Positions 1 through 8,171 of a stretch of 21,703 nt of DNA are shown piece by piece. Below the pieces are notes generated by a model. That model did no database searches, was not told where the DNA came from, and saw nothing but the letters and a program-made list of their open reading frames with translations. A program made the translations under genes and the position numbers. The DNA comes from an uncultured bacterium. Its GTDB lineage: Bacteria; CSSED10-310; CAZUFC01. Numbering within the stretch: position 1 is the first letter of the stretch; each line of letters starts with the position of its first letter. The stretch is taken from assembly GCA_964619725.1 (NCBI GenBank), contig CAZUFC010000130.1, forward strand, positions 1-21,703. Direction: 5' to 3'.

Positions 1-66
1 GTCGGAATCGGGGTCAGTTTCGGTATCGGTATCTGGTTCGGGATCGGGGTCGGAATCGGGATCGGG
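1..66. repeat. Degenerate hexamer tandem tract (TCGGGG/TCGGTA/TCGGGA/TCGGAA), runs off the window edge
   Basis: gtcggaatcggggtcagtttcggtatcggtatctggttcgggatcggggtcggaatcgggatcggg shows 6-nt periodicity; same unit type at 11640-11708 and 12174-12211. Confidence 0.9.
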
Positions 67-140
67 AGCAAAATCGAAATAAAATGATGCAGGGTTCTAT
101 AGAATTGTAACCTCAAAAGCCGATTTTTTTATCAATGCCA
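61..140 (-). repeat. Dispersed repeat copy A (inverted relative to copies B and C)
   Basis: Reverse complement of 61-140 aligns without gaps to 362-441 at 62/80 nt by manual count (core GGCATTGAT...CTTTTGAGGTTACAAT...TTTCGATTT). Confidence 0.9.
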
Positions 141-249
141 ATAGTCCATACCCATCTCGCCGGAATATGCAACAAACGGGATAAACAGGCCCTGGAAGCC
201 GAACGCATCAGATTATAATGAAAAACACCTTTAGGTTTGAAAATCTGTT

Positions 250-347
250 TAATCCTTTCAGGGTTATAAATTTTATCACTCCTACCCATGGTTGTGCTCG
301 CAGGCTCGCTTAATCCTGGGCTTTGCTTTGCGACCCTTCCAGGGTCG
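250..347. repeat. REP-like palindromic cluster
   Basis: AATCCTTTCAGGGTT (251-265), imperfect stem CCCATGGTT...AATCCTGGG (285-320) and perfect hairpin CGACCCT-TCC-AGGGTCG (331-347). Confidence 0.65.
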
Positions 348-361
348 TTTTATTGAAAAAA

Positions 362-482
362 AGGCATTGATCAAAAATGTGTCTTTTGAGGTTACAATCC
401 TACAGAATATTCACTCGTTTTGTTTCGATTTCGGTCCCGATACCTGCCCCGAGTAATGAAACAACTTTAACAAGTTTTGAAA
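362..482 (+). repeat. Dispersed repeat copy B
   Basis: First 70 nt match 730-799 at 56/70; both copies continue through short CCGAT/CCCGA units to GAAACAA...AAGTTTTGAAA. Confidence 0.9.
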
Positions 483-729
483 GAAGTGTTATCCCGGTTT
501 GATCAGTCCTGATCTTTTCTTAAAATTGCTAACAACAAAAATCAAAAATATTCATCGATCACTCATATAAAAAGGGAAAATAAACACATTTGAAAATCTT
601 AGAAGCGCCTTCGAGGAATTGGGAACTTGAACGGATTGAAACACAACGCCGTTGCGCCATGTCCTATCCAGTCAAATCCTTTACCGACAATTCATTCCTT
701 CAAATATCCTCAACCTGAAAACGAAATAT

Positions 730-857
730 GGTCATTGATCAAGAATGAGTCTTTTGAAGTTACAATTTTACAGAATGCTGCATCATTGTGTTTCGATTTC
801 GATTGCGCTGCCGATACAGAACCCGATTACTGAAACAAACTGCCAAAAGTTTTGAAA
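730..857 (+). repeat. Dispersed repeat copy C
   Basis: Direct repeat of 362-482: GTCATTGATCAAGAATGAGTCTTTTGAAGTTACAAT...TTTCGATTTCG...AAGTTTTGAAA. Confidence 0.9.
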
Positions 858-899
858 TCAGTTCCTGAATTGATGAACCAGCGTCGCCGATTTTCATGC

Positions 900-915
900 C
901 GGCACGAAGATTGCT
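900..915 (+). promoter_or_regulatory. Putative sigma-54 (RpoN) -24/-12 promoter of the cupredoxin operon
   Basis: CGGCACG-AAGA-TTGCT versus consensus TGGCACG-N4-TTGCW (one mismatch); GG at 901-902 and GC at 913-914 are exactly 10 nt apart; correct strand, about 190 nt upstream of ATG 1101. Confidence 0.7.
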
Positions 916-1100
916 GTTGAGAAATTAGCTTTGGACGAAGCGGCAGTGCTTGTAAGTCAATATCAACAATTTCCCAGGAGGTTAAAAAAGCATTGAAAAA
1001 CGATAGTACAGGTGCATCTAAATTCATTATGAACTTGTAATTTTTCGCTCATATTCACAAATCAAGCAGCCAAGGCTGCACAAAACAGGAGGAAGATAAA

Positions 1101-4100
1101 ATGAAACGGAGAAAGTCAACAAACAACCTGACCAGGACGGGAATACTGATGTTGGTATTCCTGTCTTCGATATTTGCGATGGATCGAACTGCAAATGGAT
1201 TCACATTGAATGTGGTTGATTCTGAGGGAATGGATGTTTCGGGATTCTACTGGATGGTGGAGGGGGATACGACGTTGGCGGTAGTGCCGGGCAACCAGGT
1301 TTCCGACAGTCTGGCGCTGAACATTCACACGAGTTATGCTCCAGTCGTGACGAAGGGAACAGAGACTGGAACAAGCGTAATGATAGATGTACCGGCCGAC
1401 AAGCGATATGTGATATCAGTGCTGCCGACGTCGGGCGAGTACACGATGGGCGGCGCCAATGTTGCGATAGACCAGTCTGAGGTGACGGTTACGGTAAATC
1501 AGAATCCTGTGCCGACGGCGAGAATATCCGTCATTGCTTTTCACGACATTCATCCCTTGAATAATGAACTGGATGCTCCTAACGAAGGAGGTTTGGAGGG
1601 ATTCAGCATCGTAGTGTTCGACATGGCTGGTCAGATGATGCTGGATGCTTTCGGGAATCCATTGGGGACGACTTATGAAACGGATGAAGACGGGAATCCC
1701 ATGATGGACCCGGAAGGGAATCCCATTGTTGATGTAATGGGCAACGGGGACATCATTACGGATGAAAACGGTGAAGCTTTAATCGAATATATTGCACCCG
1801 GAAAGTACGGGATTCATGTGATACCACCTGAAGGGGAAGGATGGAGCCAGACATCCACAATTGAAGGAACCAAAACAGTCGATGCCTGGGTAAAAGCGGG
1901 AGAGCCTCAATTAATGGTGGAGTTCGGGAAGGCTTTTTATCATGTTTTCATTGGTTTTGTACAGCAGATGAACATTCTGGATACGATACCCAATCCGGGA
2001 GGTAACACGGGAACCATAACCGGACGTTTCGTAAGCAATCACATGTCGCATCCGCCTGATTTTCAGGGATTCCCCGGCATTCCCATCAACAATGCCTGGG
2101 TGGGCTTGAATTCTTCAACGTCCAAGGATGCGCTTTATGCGGGGAGATGCGAACCGGACGGTTCTTTTGAAATAATGGACGTTCCTCCGGGAAATTATCA
2201 AATAGTCATGTGGGACGATGATCTGGACTATATATTTTATTTTAACACTGCGACGGTACCTGAGGAAGGGGGAACAGCGGACCTGGGCGATATGCAGGTA
2301 TTCGAGTGGTTCGGCAGGATGCAGGGTCATGTTTTTTACGACATGGACGGAGACGGCTTCCGGGACCCCGGAGAAATGGGAATACCGCGCCAGGACGTAA
2401 TACTCCGGTTTCGCGACGGCACGATATACAAGGTTCAGGCGACCGATCCCACGGGTTTCTATTTTTTCGAAGAAGTTTTCCCCTGGTTCAAATTTCTGGT
2501 GACGGAGGTGGATTTCTTGAGGTACAAAGCAACCGGGGCAACGATGGTTGTTGATGCCGGCGGCGAAATACCCGCTCATGCCGGATGGGCCATGCCGTCC
2601 TGGGATACTTTGAACCCTCAGGAACAGGCTGAAATAAATCCCAACACGGGCAACAATTTGTCGAAGACGGAGACCGGCGTCGTTCTGACTGAGAGCATTT
2701 CAATGTTCGCCGGACTGACGAACGTAATCGACTGGGGTAAGGTTGATTATCCGGCGGGAGAGAACGGCGGAATATCCGGCATAGTATTTTATGCTTCAAC
2801 GAGAGCCGAAAACGATCCCCGGTATGCTGCAGCGGAAGAGTGGGAACCGGGCATTCCCTGGGTTCAGGTCAATTTATACTCGGATTCTGATGTCGATGAA
2901 ATGATAGACGATCTGAACGGAGACGGGGATGTGACGTTGGCTGATGTGGACAATTATCCGATGAGCAATTTTCCGGGCCCTGAAGATGTCGACTGGAACG
3001 ACAACGGAGATTTCGATCCGGGGGACGCCATCAACATCACGACGACGGACAGTTGGGACGACAACAAACCCGAAGGTTGCATCAATGAACCTCTGACGGT
3101 TCATGGAATGCCGGTCCGGGATTGCATAGATAATTTTTACAACTGGAACCAGATCGTTCCCGGAGTATTTGACGGCGGATATGCTTTTGAATCCTATTAT
3201 CCTGGAGGCATGGAATCGGGTAGTCCTGAAACGGAAGGATTGCCCAGCGGTATGTACATCGTTGAAGCAGCGCCTCCTTCAGGATATGAAATAGTTAAAG
3301 AAGAAGACAAAAATGTAGATTTCGGCGAACAGTACATACCGGATATGCTGGCTCTTCCTCCGGTATGCGTAGGCGATCCTCATGTCGTTCCTGCCGAGTT
3401 ATCCCTGTTTCCCGGGATTGACGCGCCGTTTGCGGGAGAAACGCGGCCGTTGTGCAACCGGAAACAGATCATAGTAACGGAGGGCGTAAACGCTGCAGTT
3501 GAATTTTTCTTTTTCACTGAGGTTCCGAAGGCAGCGAGAGCTGTAGGATTGATCAACAATGATCTGGCTGCAGAATCCAATCCTTTCAGTCCGGTGGCGG
3601 GCGAAAAAGCGGCGCCGTCCTGGATTCCCATTTCTTTCCGGGACTATAACGGCAATGAGATAGCGCGAACCTATTCCGACGAATGGGGTTCCTACAGCGC
3701 CTTATTACCCTCCTCTTACACAGAAAACCTCGGTATACCGACAGGCATCTCGCCTCACATGATCAGGATTTGCCTGAATCATCCGGGGCCGATACCCGAT
3801 CCTGATAATCCCGGGCAGTATATTACCGATCCGTGGTTCGATCCTGGTTACAATCAGTCCTGTTATACGTTTCAGTTTGAAGCGGGTCGAACGACTTACC
3901 TGGATACGCCGGTTCTGCCGGTAGGCGCTTTCCGGGAATCATTTCAGGGGCGGCTGGACTGCAATTTCTCAGACGGCACGCCGATGATCTATTCCGTCAG
4001 CGGACCCGGCGGCGGACCTTACGTGGAAACGACCGACATGATCCTCACTATCGTCTCTGCGGGAATGATGGAAGTGCCTAATCCTGACTACATTCCTGGC

Positions 4101-6827
4101 GAACCCGGCAGCGAACCTACTATAACGCGAGATTTCGGATTCGGTCCAGGTGAGGGTTCAGTAATGGTCGGCGGAACCGAACTGGAAGTAATGTTCTGGG
4201 CTTCGGACGGCGGCACAATTTTAGCCAGGGTCCCTGCAGGAACGGAAACGGGAAGATTATCGGTCATGCGGGAGGACAACGGCAAAACGACGCCGGTTGG
4301 AGTAACTCTTACAGTAGGAGATTTCGGCGGAGCCGTTATACGCGTAAACCAGGGCGATTCAATACAGGATGCCGTTAATTCTTCTTCCAGCGGCGATCTG
4401 ATCCTGGTTTCGCCGGGTTACTATGAAGAGAACGTCATCGTATGGAAAAAAGTGAAGCTGCAGGGTTGGGGAGCGGGATCAACTTACATCAACGGCATAA
4501 ATATGAATGAAGCAGAAGCTCAAACAGCCTGGACCGACATGGTTGCATCTCTGATCGATGCGGGCCAGGTCGACCTCGCCCCAGGCCAGACAGTCGGCGA
4601 CGATCCTTTCCTGGCATTCCAGGCTCCTCTGATTTTTATCCTCGTCAAAGAGGGTGAATTCACATCGGATGACCCGGCGCGTGTTGACGGTTTAACTCTG
4701 TTGGGTTCGACCACCGGCGGAGGGATACTGGTCAACGCATACGCCCATTACCTGCAGATAACCAATAACAGAGTCCTGAGCAACCTGGGTTCCAAAGGAG
4801 GCGGCATAATCGTGGGGGCTCCTACAGAACCCAATCCCGCCTTCGGACAATATCCCGGATTTGAAAACGATCATATCCTGATAAAATACAACCAGATAGC
4901 TGAGAATACAGGACTTGACAACGGCGGCGGAGTTATGTTTTATCCGGGTTCCGATACATATGAATTGAATCATAACTTCATCTGCGGGAATTTCACACGC
5001 TGGAACGGCGCGGGAGTCTGTCATTACGGATTGAGTCCTCAAGGTTCTATAAAATACAACAAGGTCATACTCAATGAAGTATTTTACGGAGGCGAAATAG
5101 GAGGAGACGGCGCCGGCGTTTTCATCAGCGGCGAAACCGGCGGCGAACAACTGACGCCGGGTTCAGGTTCGGTCGAAATAATTTCCAACCTGGTCCAAGG
5201 TAATCTTGCGGGGTCAGGGTCCGGAGGCGGAATCAGACTTCAATACATTAACGGCGTTGATGTCGAAAATTCCATGGACCCGCCTAATGATTGGTATGAT
5301 ATTCACATCTTCAACAACATGATCGTAAACAACGTCGCCGGACATTACGCGGGAGGCATATCATTACAGGATGCCGCACGAGTAAAAATCATCAACAACA
5401 CGGTGGCGCACAACGACAGTACGGCGACTGTGGCGGAAGTATTCAATGCGGACGGAAGCGAAACCACGCCTCAGCCTGCGGGAATAGTATCCAACGTTCA
5501 TACGCCATTGCTCCAGTCCGCCGTCGGATCAGGAGCGGGACCTGAATTTTCTGAATTCTCCGATCCTGTCCTGCACGATACGATTCTATGGAACAACAGA
5601 TCGTTTTACTTCGTTGCAGCGATGAACGGCGGGCTTGGAGGACTTTTGCAGAATCCCGACATGTTCTTCTGGGACCTGGACGTCATGGGCAGCTCCGACA
5701 TGTTGAATCCTCATTACTGCAATATAACGCACTCGTCCGGGTACGCAGCCGACAACATGGAAGAAATCCCTTCATTCGTACGGCGATACTTCAATCAGTA
5801 TTCCGTTGCTGCGGTCACTGAAGAGGGCGGCAATCTCGTGAACGTCGCTTTTATACCCATGACCTATCTGGCAGGCGATTATCACCTGGCCATGGACTCG
5901 CCTTTAATCGATGCGGGAGGGGGCATGCACGTTTATGACTTCCCGCTGCTGTCGTGGGATATCGACGGCGATATGCGGCCGGACGGTCCTGGCGTTGATG
6001 TCGGTGCAGACGAATACTTCACAGGCTTCCAGCCGATGCCGGACAAAATCGGCGTCTTCTTCAAATTCTTCTACGGTTACTGGAGGCTGGACTTTGACGG
6101 CGACGGCATATGGGAAGGAGCGCTCGAAGACCTGTTCTACAACTTCGGATACTTCACCGACCTGCCGGTAACGGGCGACTGGAACGGCGACGGATTCACT
6201 GAAGTAGGAACCTACTCCAACGGCAAATGGTTCCTGGACTATAACGGGAACGGAGTCTACGATGGAAGCCTCGGCGACCTTTACTATACGTTCAACCCGC
6301 CTGCAGGCGGCATCATCGTCGATGAACGGCTGACCGGAGACCTTCCCGTTTCAGGCGACTGGAACGGCGACGGATACGCTGAAATAGGCATCTACAGGGA
6401 CGGAGACTGGTATCTCGACTATAACGGCAACGGAACCTGGGACGGAGAAATAGACGACATGATGTTTACAAACTTCATCGGTCTGAATGGAGAAAAACCC
6501 GTCACTGGCGATTGGGATGGAGACGGCTTTACTGAAATTGGAATTTACTACCTGGGTTTCTGGGCGCTCGATATGAACGGAAACGGCTCCTGGGACGGAG
6601 TTCTGGATACTCTCTACTACTACGGAAGCGATGACCATATCCCCGTTACAGGCGACTGGGATGCTATGGGCGGCGATGAAATAGGAGTATTCCTGGACGG
6701 CAGATGGTCGCTAGACTCCAACGGAAACGGCATATGGGAAAGTTGCAGTATAGATGCCTGCCACACATTCGGCAACTTCCCTCAATGGTTCAACAGCATT
6801 GTCTACCCGGTTACTGGAAACTGGTAG
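1101..6827 (+). CDS. Large secreted multidomain surface protein (SdrD/CnaB-like domains, IPT/TIG-like domain, right-handed parallel beta-helix, C-terminal FG-GAP-like repeats)
   Basis: 1908-aa ORF with AGGAGG RBS and basic plus hydrophobic signal peptide; SdrD-B-like GHVFYDMDGDGFRDPGEMGI; beta-helix entry SIQDAVNSSSSGDLILVSPGYYEENV with many N..N...GGGI rungs; closing motif DYHLAMDSPLIDAG...DIDGDMRP...VDVGADEY; five terminal repeats. Confidence 0.9.
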   Translation: MKRRKSTNNLTRTGILMLVFLSSIFAMDRTANGFTLNVVDSEGMDVSGFYWMVEGDTTLAVVPGNQVSDSLALNIHTSYAPVVTKGTETGTSVMIDVPADKRYVISVLPTSGEYTMGGANVAIDQSEVTVTVNQNPVPTARISVIAFHDIHPLNNELDAPNEGGLEGFSIVVFDMAGQMMLDAFGNPLGTTYETDEDGNPMMDPEGNPIVDVMGNGDIITDENGEALIEYIAPGKYGIHVIPPEGEGWSQTSTIEGTKTVDAWVKAGEPQLMVEFGKAFYHVFIGFVQQMNILDTIPNPGGNTGTITGRFVSNHMSHPPDFQGFPGIPINNAWVGLNSSTSKDALYAGRCEPDGSFEIMDVPPGNYQIVMWDDDLDYIFYFNTATVPEEGGTADLGDMQVFEWFGRMQGHVFYDMDGDGFRDPGEMGIPRQDVILRFRDGTIYKVQATDPTGFYFFEEVFPWFKFLVTEVDFLRYKATGATMVVDAGGEIPAHAGWAMPSWDTLNPQEQAEINPNTGNNLSKTETGVVLTESISMFAGLTNVIDWGKVDYPAGENGGISGIVFYASTRAENDPRYAAAEEWEPGIPWVQVNLYSDSDVDEMIDDLNGDGDVTLADVDNYPMSNFPGPEDVDWNDNGDFDPGDAINITTTDSWDDNKPEGCINEPLTVHGMPVRDCIDNFYNWNQIVPGVFDGGYAFESYYPGGMESGSPETEGLPSGMYIVEAAPPSGYEIVKEEDKNVDFGEQYIPDMLALPPVCVGDPHVVPAELSLFPGIDAPFAGETRPLCNRKQIIVTEGVNAAVEFFFFTEVPKAARAVGLINNDLAAESNPFSPVAGEKAAPSWIPISFRDYNGNEIARTYSDEWGSYSALLPSSYTENLGIPTGISPHMIRICLNHPGPIPDPDNPGQYITDPWFDPGYNQSCYTFQFEAGRTTYLDTPVLPVGAFRESFQGRLDCNFSDGTPMIYSVSGPGGGPYVETTDMILTIVSAGMMEVPNPDYIPGEPGSEPTITRDFGFGPGEGSVMVGGTELEVMFWASDGGTILARVPAGTETGRLSVMREDNGKTTPVGVTLTVGDFGGAVIRVNQGDSIQDAVNSSSSGDLILVSPGYYEENVIVWKKVKLQGWGAGSTYINGINMNEAEAQTAWTDMVASLIDAGQVDLAPGQTVGDDPFLAFQAPLIFILVKEGEFTSDDPARVDGLTLLGSTTGGGILVNAYAHYLQITNNRVLSNLGSKGGGIIVGAPTEPNPAFGQYPGFENDHILIKYNQIAENTGLDNGGGVMFYPGSDTYELNHNFICGNFTRWNGAGVCHYGLSPQGSIKYNKVILNEVFYGGEIGGDGAGVFISGETGGEQLTPGSGSVEIISNLVQGNLAGSGSGGGIRLQYINGVDVENSMDPPNDWYDIHIFNNMIVNNVAGHYAGGISLQDAARVKIINNTVAHNDSTATVAEVFNADGSETTPQPAGIVSNVHTPLLQSAVGSGAGPEFSEFSDPVLHDTILWNNRSFYFVAAMNGGLGGLLQNPDMFFWDLDVMGSSDMLNPHYCNITHSSGYAADNMEEIPSFVRRYFNQYSVAAVTEEGGNLVNVAFIPMTYLAGDYHLAMDSPLIDAGGGMHVYDFPLLSWDIDGDMRPDGPGVDVGADEYFTGFQPMPDKIGVFFKFFYGYWRLDFDGDGIWEGALEDLFYNFGYFTDLPVTGDWNGDGFTEVGTYSNGKWFLDYNGNGVYDGSLGDLYYTFNPPAGGIIVDERLTGDLPVSGDWNGDGYAEIGIYRDGDWYLDYNGNGTWDGEIDDMMFTNFIGLNGEKPVTGDWDGDGFTEIGIYYLGFWALDMNGNGSWDGVLDTLYYYGSDDHIPVTGDWDAMGGDEIGVFLDGRWSLDSNGNGIWESCSIDACHTFGNFPQWFNSIVYPVTGNW
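6042..6824 (+). repeat. Five intragenic repeats of about 50 aa (IG.Y..G.W.LD.NGNG.WDG...PVTGDW.GDG), probable Ca-binding beta-propeller
   Basis: Units begin DKIGVF, TEVGTY, AEIGIY, TEIGIY and DEIGVF; the protein ends at PVTGNW. Confidence 0.85.
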
Positions 6828-6845
6828 TTCATATAGATTAATGGT

Positions 6846-6891
6846 GATGCCCCGGTTAATTCGGCACGCACTGACAAATTTCCGGGGCATC
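6846..6891 (+). other. Intergenic stem-loop within the operon
   Basis: GATGCCCCGG (6846-6855) pairs perfectly with CCGGGGCATC (6882-6891); no U-tract follows. Confidence 0.65.
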
Positions 6892-6957
6892 CCGATCTGG
6901 AATGAAACAAGAGGAAAAAAATAAATGAAAATGTCATCAAATCAAGGAGTGATAAAA

Positions 6958-8154
6958 ATGAACAGATTCATAATTTCAATCATGACGCTGTTATTGCTGA
7001 CAGGGTTTGCAGAGATCAACGCTGATATATTCGTTCAATGTCCCGGCGACCTGGACGGCGATGCGATCCCGGACGAAGTTGACCCTGAGCATCCCAATGC
7101 CGTATGCATGCATCTGGCTGCAGGCGACGGTTTTGTGAATATGGGCGATGGAAAACTTCAATACATGTTCGGTTTTTCGGATGTAACCGGAGTAATGCCT
7201 GAAATGGTAATGATGGAAGGAATGCTCAATGCGACTTTTCCTTCTCCCACGATTACGTTGAAAGAAGGACAGGAACTTTATCTCACCGTTACGAATGTCG
7301 GAATGATGGTACGGCCGGACCTTTTCGATCCGCACACGGTCCACTGGCACGGTTTTGCCAATGCGGCATCGGTTTTCGACGGTGTTCCTGAAGCGTCGCT
7401 GGCGATCAATATGATGTCCAGCATCACCTACTACTACAAGGTAGTCGATCCGGGGACCTATCTGTATCACTGCCACGTGGAAGCGACTGAGCATATGCAG
7501 ATGGGTATGCTGGGAAACCTCTACGTTACCCCGGCCCAGGATGAATTGCCTGACGGAACCGACCTGAACGGATTCACCCATCATACGGGATACACATACG
7601 CCTATAACGACGGAGACGGCACAACCTATTACGACGTTGATTTCCCCATACAAATGCATTCGTTCGACCCCGACTTTCATGATGCCAGTCTCAATGTGCA
7701 ACCGCTCCCCTTCGCTGAAATGTGGGACAGATACGCCATGCTGAACGGCAGGGGTTATCCCGATACCGCAAATCCGGATGAACTGCCCAATACTTTCGAC
7801 GGAAGATTCTCTCAGAAAACCTCTTCCCTGATCGAAGCCACGGCCGGCGACATCATACTGCTGCGCTTATCGAATCTCTCGGTTACCCGGTTCTTCACGC
7901 TCGCGGTAATGGGCATTCCCATGAAAATAATCGCCAAAGACTCCAGGCTGTTGAGGGGACCCGACGGAAAAAACCTGTATTACGATACCAATTCAATCAC
8001 AATGGGCGGAGGTCAGGCAGCCGATGCGCTCCTGGATACGTCGCAGGTCGAACCGGGAACCTACTGCCTTTACACTACAAATCTTAACTATCTCAGCAAC
8101 AATGATGAAGATTTCGGCGGCATGATGACCGAGATAATCATCAATGCACCGTAA
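6958..8154 (+). CDS. Two-domain multicopper oxidase-like protein A (type-1 Cu site and HxH motifs in domain 1 only)
   Basis: HTVHWHG (His codons 7333-7350) and HCHVEATEHMQMGM (7468-7509); domain 2 (LNGRGYPD...LLRLSN) has no His motifs; AAGGAG at 6944 and signal peptide MNRFIISIMTLLLLTGFA favour ATG 6958 over the alternative 6925. Confidence 0.9.
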   Translation: MNRFIISIMTLLLLTGFAEINADIFVQCPGDLDGDAIPDEVDPEHPNAVCMHLAAGDGFVNMGDGKLQYMFGFSDVTGVMPEMVMMEGMLNATFPSPTITLKEGQELYLTVTNVGMMVRPDLFDPHTVHWHGFANAASVFDGVPEASLAINMMSSITYYYKVVDPGTYLYHCHVEATEHMQMGMLGNLYVTPAQDELPDGTDLNGFTHHTGYTYAYNDGDGTTYYDVDFPIQMHSFDPDFHDASLNVQPLPFAEMWDRYAMLNGRGYPDTANPDELPNTFDGRFSQKTSSLIEATAGDIILLRLSNLSVTRFFTLAVMGIPMKIIAKDSRLLRGPDGKNLYYDTNSITMGGGQAADALLDTSQVEPGTYCLYTTNLNYLSNNDEDFGGMMTEIIINAP

Positions 8155-8171
8155 AAGAAGGAGGAAGAATC

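Noticed and set aside
61-857. Repeats as a CRISPR array
   Set aside because: Units are 80-130 nt, only about 80% identical, mixed in orientation and irregularly spaced; no cas genes.
627-1027. ORFs 627-833 (+) and 827-1027 (-)
   Set aside because: Short, overlap repeat copy C and the promoter region, no convincing RBS or protein motif.
6042-6824. C-terminal repeats as a diversity-generating retroelement template/variable pair
   Set aside because: Differences between repeats are not adenine-specific, all copies are in frame, and no reverse transcriptase is present.
1101-6827. Giant protein as a MnxG/MofA-type large multicopper oxidase
   Set aside because: Similar size, but no HxH/HCH copper motifs; the domains are adhesin, beta-helix and repeat types.
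6958-8154. Protein A as copper nitrite reductase NirK
   Set aside because: It has HWH and HCH (type-3 ligands), unlike NirK, and domain 2 lacks the His needed for the NirK type-2 site.
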